From positions 1-10,323 of the forward strand of contig CAZPUN010000002.1 of the NCBI GenBank assembly GCA_964589775.1: 10,323 bases of DNA. The letters run 5' to 3'. The notes below the pieces were generated by a model, which saw only the letters and a program-made list of their open reading frames with translations, was not told where the DNA came from and made no database searches. The translations under genes and the position numbers were made by a program. Positions 7,089 to 10,323 of this stretch are shown here, piece after piece. The stretch comes from an uncultured archaeon. Its GTDB lineage: Archaea; Asgardarchaeota; Thorarchaeia; Thorarchaeales; CAZPUN01. Numbering within the stretch: position 1 is the first letter of the stretch; the number at the start of each line of letters is the position of its first letter.

Positions 7089-8396
7089 TTGAAATTAAAT
7101 AGGGTTAAAGGTATGCGTGATTTTATAGGTAGAGATGCATTATTTAGAAAATTCATCATTGATAATTTTGAAAAAGTATTCCGTATCTACGGTTATGATC
7201 CATTGGAAAGTCCGGCATTAGAGATGTGGCAAACCTTATCTGCAAAAGGCGGCGAAGAAATCGAGGCTGAAACATTCAAGTTCAAAGACAAGGGGGATCG
7301 TGATGTCGGCTTACGTTTTGATTTAACCGTTCCACTCGCTCGAATCGTGGCGACCAATCCTGTGATTCCCAAGCCATTCAAGCGATATGCTATCGGTAAG
7401 GTGTGGCGATATGATCAACCGCAAGCTGGTAGATATCGTGAGTTCACGCAAGCCGATGTAGACATTATTGGCGTTGAAGATATGATTGCAGATGCTGAGG
7501 TTATTAGCGTAGCAATAGACGCACTTAAGCCAGTTATTGGTGAATACTTTAAGATTCGTTTAAACAATCGTAAAATTCTCAAAGGTATGATTGAACTTGC
7601 AGGAATTGATGAGTCTCTCTCATTCGAGTGCTTCAGGGCAATAGACAAGCTTGATAAAATTGGAATTGATGGCGTTAAGCAAGAATTAAAGCAGCGAGGC
7701 ATTTCCGGAGCGCAGGTAGACACCCTTATGGGCTTCTTGGACCTTCGTGGCGAGCCCGAAAAGATCTTACCTCAGACTGAAGAAATCATGAAGACTTCTA
7801 AGATTGGCACTGAAGGTGTAGTTGAGCTTGCACAATTATTGGATTATCTCGACTTTATGGGAAATCTAGAATTTATTGAAGTTGATCTATCTCTCGCACG
7901 TGGTCTAGACTACTATACCGGACCAATTTTTGAAGTTGCCTACACTAAATACAAGGGAATTGGTTCAATTGGTGCAGGTGGCCGATATGATAACTTGATT
8001 AAGAAACTTGGCGGTGTGCAGACAAGCGCCACGGGAATATCTTTGGGAGTCGACAGAATCATTGATATTCTACAAAAAACAGATCAAATCCCTGAAGAAC
8101 TGGGCGGTATTGATATCTATGTGGTTGCAATTACCGATGAAGTCCATGAGCATGCGCTTAAAATTACGCAAAAGTTACGTTCGCTGGGCTTGATTACAGA
8201 ATATGAACTGATGGGTCGAAATCTTCGTAAAGCTCTAAAATATGCGGACATGCGTGGTGCTAAATTCATGATTGCGATTGGTCCCAAAGACATAGAAAAC
8301 AATACTGTATCCGTACGCGATATGATTAAAAAATCACAATTTACAGTTCCCATATCTGAGTTGTATCGTGAGATAATCGAGTTACTCAGGGAATAA
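7089..8396 (+). CDS. hisS: Histidine--tRNA ligase
   Basis: Motifs KGMRDF, LRFDLTVP, RYDQPQAGRYREFTQADVD, LARGLDYYTG, GAGGRYD and a C-terminal anticodon-binding domain. TTG start follows GGAGGT (7075-7080). Confidence 0.98.
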   Translation: MKLNRVKGMRDFIGRDALFRKFIIDNFEKVFRIYGYDPLESPALEMWQTLSAKGGEEIEAETFKFKDKGDRDVGLRFDLTVPLARIVATNPVIPKPFKRYAIGKVWRYDQPQAGRYREFTQADVDIIGVEDMIADAEVISVAIDALKPVIGEYFKIRLNNRKILKGMIELAGIDESLSFECFRAIDKLDKIGIDGVKQELKQRGISGAQVDTLMGFLDLRGEPEKILPQTEEIMKTSKIGTEGVVELAQLLDYLDFMGNLEFIEVDLSLARGLDYYTGPIFEVAYTKYKGIGSIGAGGRYDNLIKKLGGVQTSATGISLGVDRIIDILQKTDQIPEELGGIDIYVVAITDEVHEHALKITQKLRSLGLITEYELMGRNLRKALKYADMRGAKFMIAIGPKDIENNTVSVRDMIKKSQFTVPISELYREIIELLRE

Positions 8397-8420
8397 GGCT
8401 CAAACGATTGGTGAGAATAC

Positions 8421-9707
8421 ATGGATTTCCTTGTATATTATATCATAATTGTACTTTCAATTATTATGGGTATGTCTTTTCAGATGTACCCATATTTAAA
8501 GCACCGATATCCTGGAAGTAATGATATTATATATCACATACAGAGAACACGCAAGCCGGAAGATGGCTTTGGTATTGTGGGGTATCCTAATTTATTCCAT
8601 TATCTTACTGCAGCAATCTCCGGAAAACTAACTCGATTAAACGAACGGCAGATCCTAAAATATGGAAATCTTCTTGCTCTTATACCTACGCTTGTATTCG
8701 CATATTTATCGTTAATGATATTTGATATACATATAGTGGCATTTGCATTTCCGCTCATTATGGCTTCGCCTATTTTGACGTATCATTCGCATACCTTTTC
8801 GCCACGATTATTGGGAATTTGGTTTTACAATCTTTCCGTATTGTTGTATCTCTTTCCATATCCTTTCTCTTTTATTAGTAGTGTATTGGTTGCTTTAGTT
8901 GCCTTGACGCATAGAATGAGTATGCAAACTTTATTTTTCACGTCTATTATATTAGGCTTTATTAATCCCATAATCTGGATAGAATTTATAATTGGTGTTG
9001 TACTTGCGATTATGGTTTCAAAAGGGTACTACATCACAATTTTAAAGTCACACTTACAATTTATTAAAATGTATTATCGTAAGCCACATTTACCCAATAA
9101 TGAATTAAAAGGGCTGATAATTTCGCCTTCAAACCTAAGCGTATTCATAATAATTTTCATTTATCTGATTAATTTGTTAAATTACGGCATCAGTTTCTCT
9201 CTATCATCATCCATGCAGTATTTGTTTATGTGGTCCGTTGTGCCAATATCTCTTGTGATTCTGTGGCGTATGGGCTTATCATTTCAGCATGCCGCATTTT
9301 CAGTAGCTCCTTCCTCTTTATTATTCATTTATTTAACTGACCAACTACCTGTTTTGAATATTCTGTATTGGCTTGTTTTGATACAGTCTATAGGCTTATC
9401 AATCATGTATGTTCGTAAAGTTGAATATCTTGATCCAAAGCTTGAACAACTTTTGCGTTCTCTTTCTAATATTGATGGTGTAGTACTATGTGCTCCTAAT
9501 ACTTTGAAACGAAAAGCCCCTTATTTCTCTGGCGCTTATACATACCACTATGATGATATTCATTTCGATAAGGAACAGCTGCTAAAACTTTTCAGAGAGC
9601 ATCATATTACGCATTTATTAATTAGAAAAAAGTTTGCTCAATCGCTTGAAGGATTCAAAAAGGTAAAGGAATCGGGTGATTGGGTGATCTTTGAATATAT
9701 AAAATAA
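8421..9707 (+). CDS. Polytopic membrane protein, probable GT-C-fold glycosyltransferase-like
   Basis: First TM followed by GSNDIIYH and GYPNLFHYL, about 10 hydrophobic segments, and a soluble C-terminal domain ending HITHLLI...FKKVKESGDWVIFE. SD GGTGA at 8410-8414. The function is inferred from architecture only. Confidence 0.55.
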   Translation: MDFLVYYIIIVLSIIMGMSFQMYPYLKHRYPGSNDIIYHIQRTRKPEDGFGIVGYPNLFHYLTAAISGKLTRLNERQILKYGNLLALIPTLVFAYLSLMIFDIHIVAFAFPLIMASPILTYHSHTFSPRLLGIWFYNLSVLLYLFPYPFSFISSVLVALVALTHRMSMQTLFFTSIILGFINPIIWIEFIIGVVLAIMVSKGYYITILKSHLQFIKMYYRKPHLPNNELKGLIISPSNLSVFIIIFIYLINLLNYGISFSLSSSMQYLFMWSVVPISLVILWRMGLSFQHAAFSVAPSSLLFIYLTDQLPVLNILYWLVLIQSIGLSIMYVRKVEYLDPKLEQLLRSLSNIDGVVLCAPNTLKRKAPYFSGAYTYHYDDIHFDKEQLLKLFREHHITHLLIRKKFAQSLEGFKKVKESGDWVIFEYIK

Positions 9708-9711
9708 AATT

Positions 9712-9736
9712 GAGAGTGATTGTGTATTTCACTCTC
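9712..9736. terminator. Inverted repeat at a convergent gene junction
   Basis: GAGAGTGA-N9-TCACTCTC, a perfect 8-bp stem overlapping the minus-strand stop codon. Confidence 0.45.
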
Positions 9737-10323
9737 TAAATAATTCGCGTTCGTGTTGTTTTATTATTCTACCTCGGACCCTTACAACTTTGATTGTGGA
9801 TACTGTACAAAGCAGAGACACATAATAGAACATGAGATAGACTTGATTAAAAATCATTCCAATAGATAGTAATAATACTAAAAGGCCTCTATTTACGTAA
9901 AATAGTTGCTTGATCTTCTGCTTTATTGTGCGTTTTGGTTTTCCAGCTTTTATTATATCAAAGTGTGTCTTTTTCGGAACCGCCGATTTTGTGAGCAAGC
10001 CGACGATCCGTATAATCATAAATATGAATGCCGTATACATTGCAAGGTACCAAAGAGATAGCTGTCCATAGTGAAATTGATTAGCAATAAAGTTAGATAT
10101 ATCTACATTAACATATGAGATGAGTTTCAGTAAAGTATCTGTTTTTCCTTGGATATATGTTCCATATGCCATAGCCCAGATGAGGAAGAACTCTCCGAAT
10201 CTATCGTAGACGGAATCGATCAGTGCACCCTGTTCTGAAGCCATGAATTTCAGTCTTGCGAGTTCTCCATCACTTCCATCTATAACGTTAAAGAAGTATG
10301 TTAATATACCTGCAATAACAAAT
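9729..10323 (-). CDS. CDP-alcohol phosphatidyltransferase family protein, 5'-truncated by the window edge
   Basis: The frame is open to the edge: FVIAGILTYFFNVIDGSDGELARLKFMASEQGALIDSVYDRFGE matches the DxxDGxxAR...GxxxDxxxD signature. ATG 10244 is internal. Confidence 0.92.
   Translation of the reverse strand, partial: FVIAGILTYFFNVIDGSDGELARLKFMASEQGALIDSVYDRFGEFFLIWAMAYGTYIQGKTDTLLKLISYVNVDISNFIANQFHYGQLSLWYLAMYTAFIFMIIRIVGLLTKSAVPKKTHFDIIKAGKPKRTIKQKIKQLFYVNRGLLVLLLSIGMIFNQVYLMFYYVSLLCTVSTIKVVRVRGRIIKQHERELFRE

Noticed and set aside
6445-8422. ORFs 6445-6813, 7193-7381, 7415-7723, 8008-8193 and 8117-8422
   Set aside because: Nested within or antisense to the MgtC/DUF4010 gene or hisS, with no independent support.

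Overview
This is an archaeal chromosomal window, judged by the group II chaperonin, Rpo6/RpoK, BRE/TATA-like promoters and GGTG/GGAGG Shine-Dalgarno sites. The lineage cannot be fixed from this sequence; TACK/Asgard-like is only a guess. Gene order: 3' part of an NDP-sugar epimerase (+), AT-rich gap, PLP aminotransferase (+), small Gly/Tyr/Arg-rich DUF5320-like protein (-) divergent from a thermosome subunit (+), rpoK with a long acidic N-tail (+), AT-rich gap, MgtC/DUF4010 membrane protein (+), hisS (+), probable GT-C membrane glycosyltransferase (+), and the 3' part of a CDP-alcohol phosphotransferase (-). I see no mobile element, CRISPR array, tRNA or rRNA. Most of the window is housekeeping and I cannot support a clear new multi-gene system. 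The best leads are (1) an RPB6-like acidic tail on RpoK, (2) an acid-free, FUS-like low-complexity protein divergent from the chaperonin, and (3) a hisS leader with a His-ending uORF and two mutually exclusive RNA pairings, one of which hides the SD.
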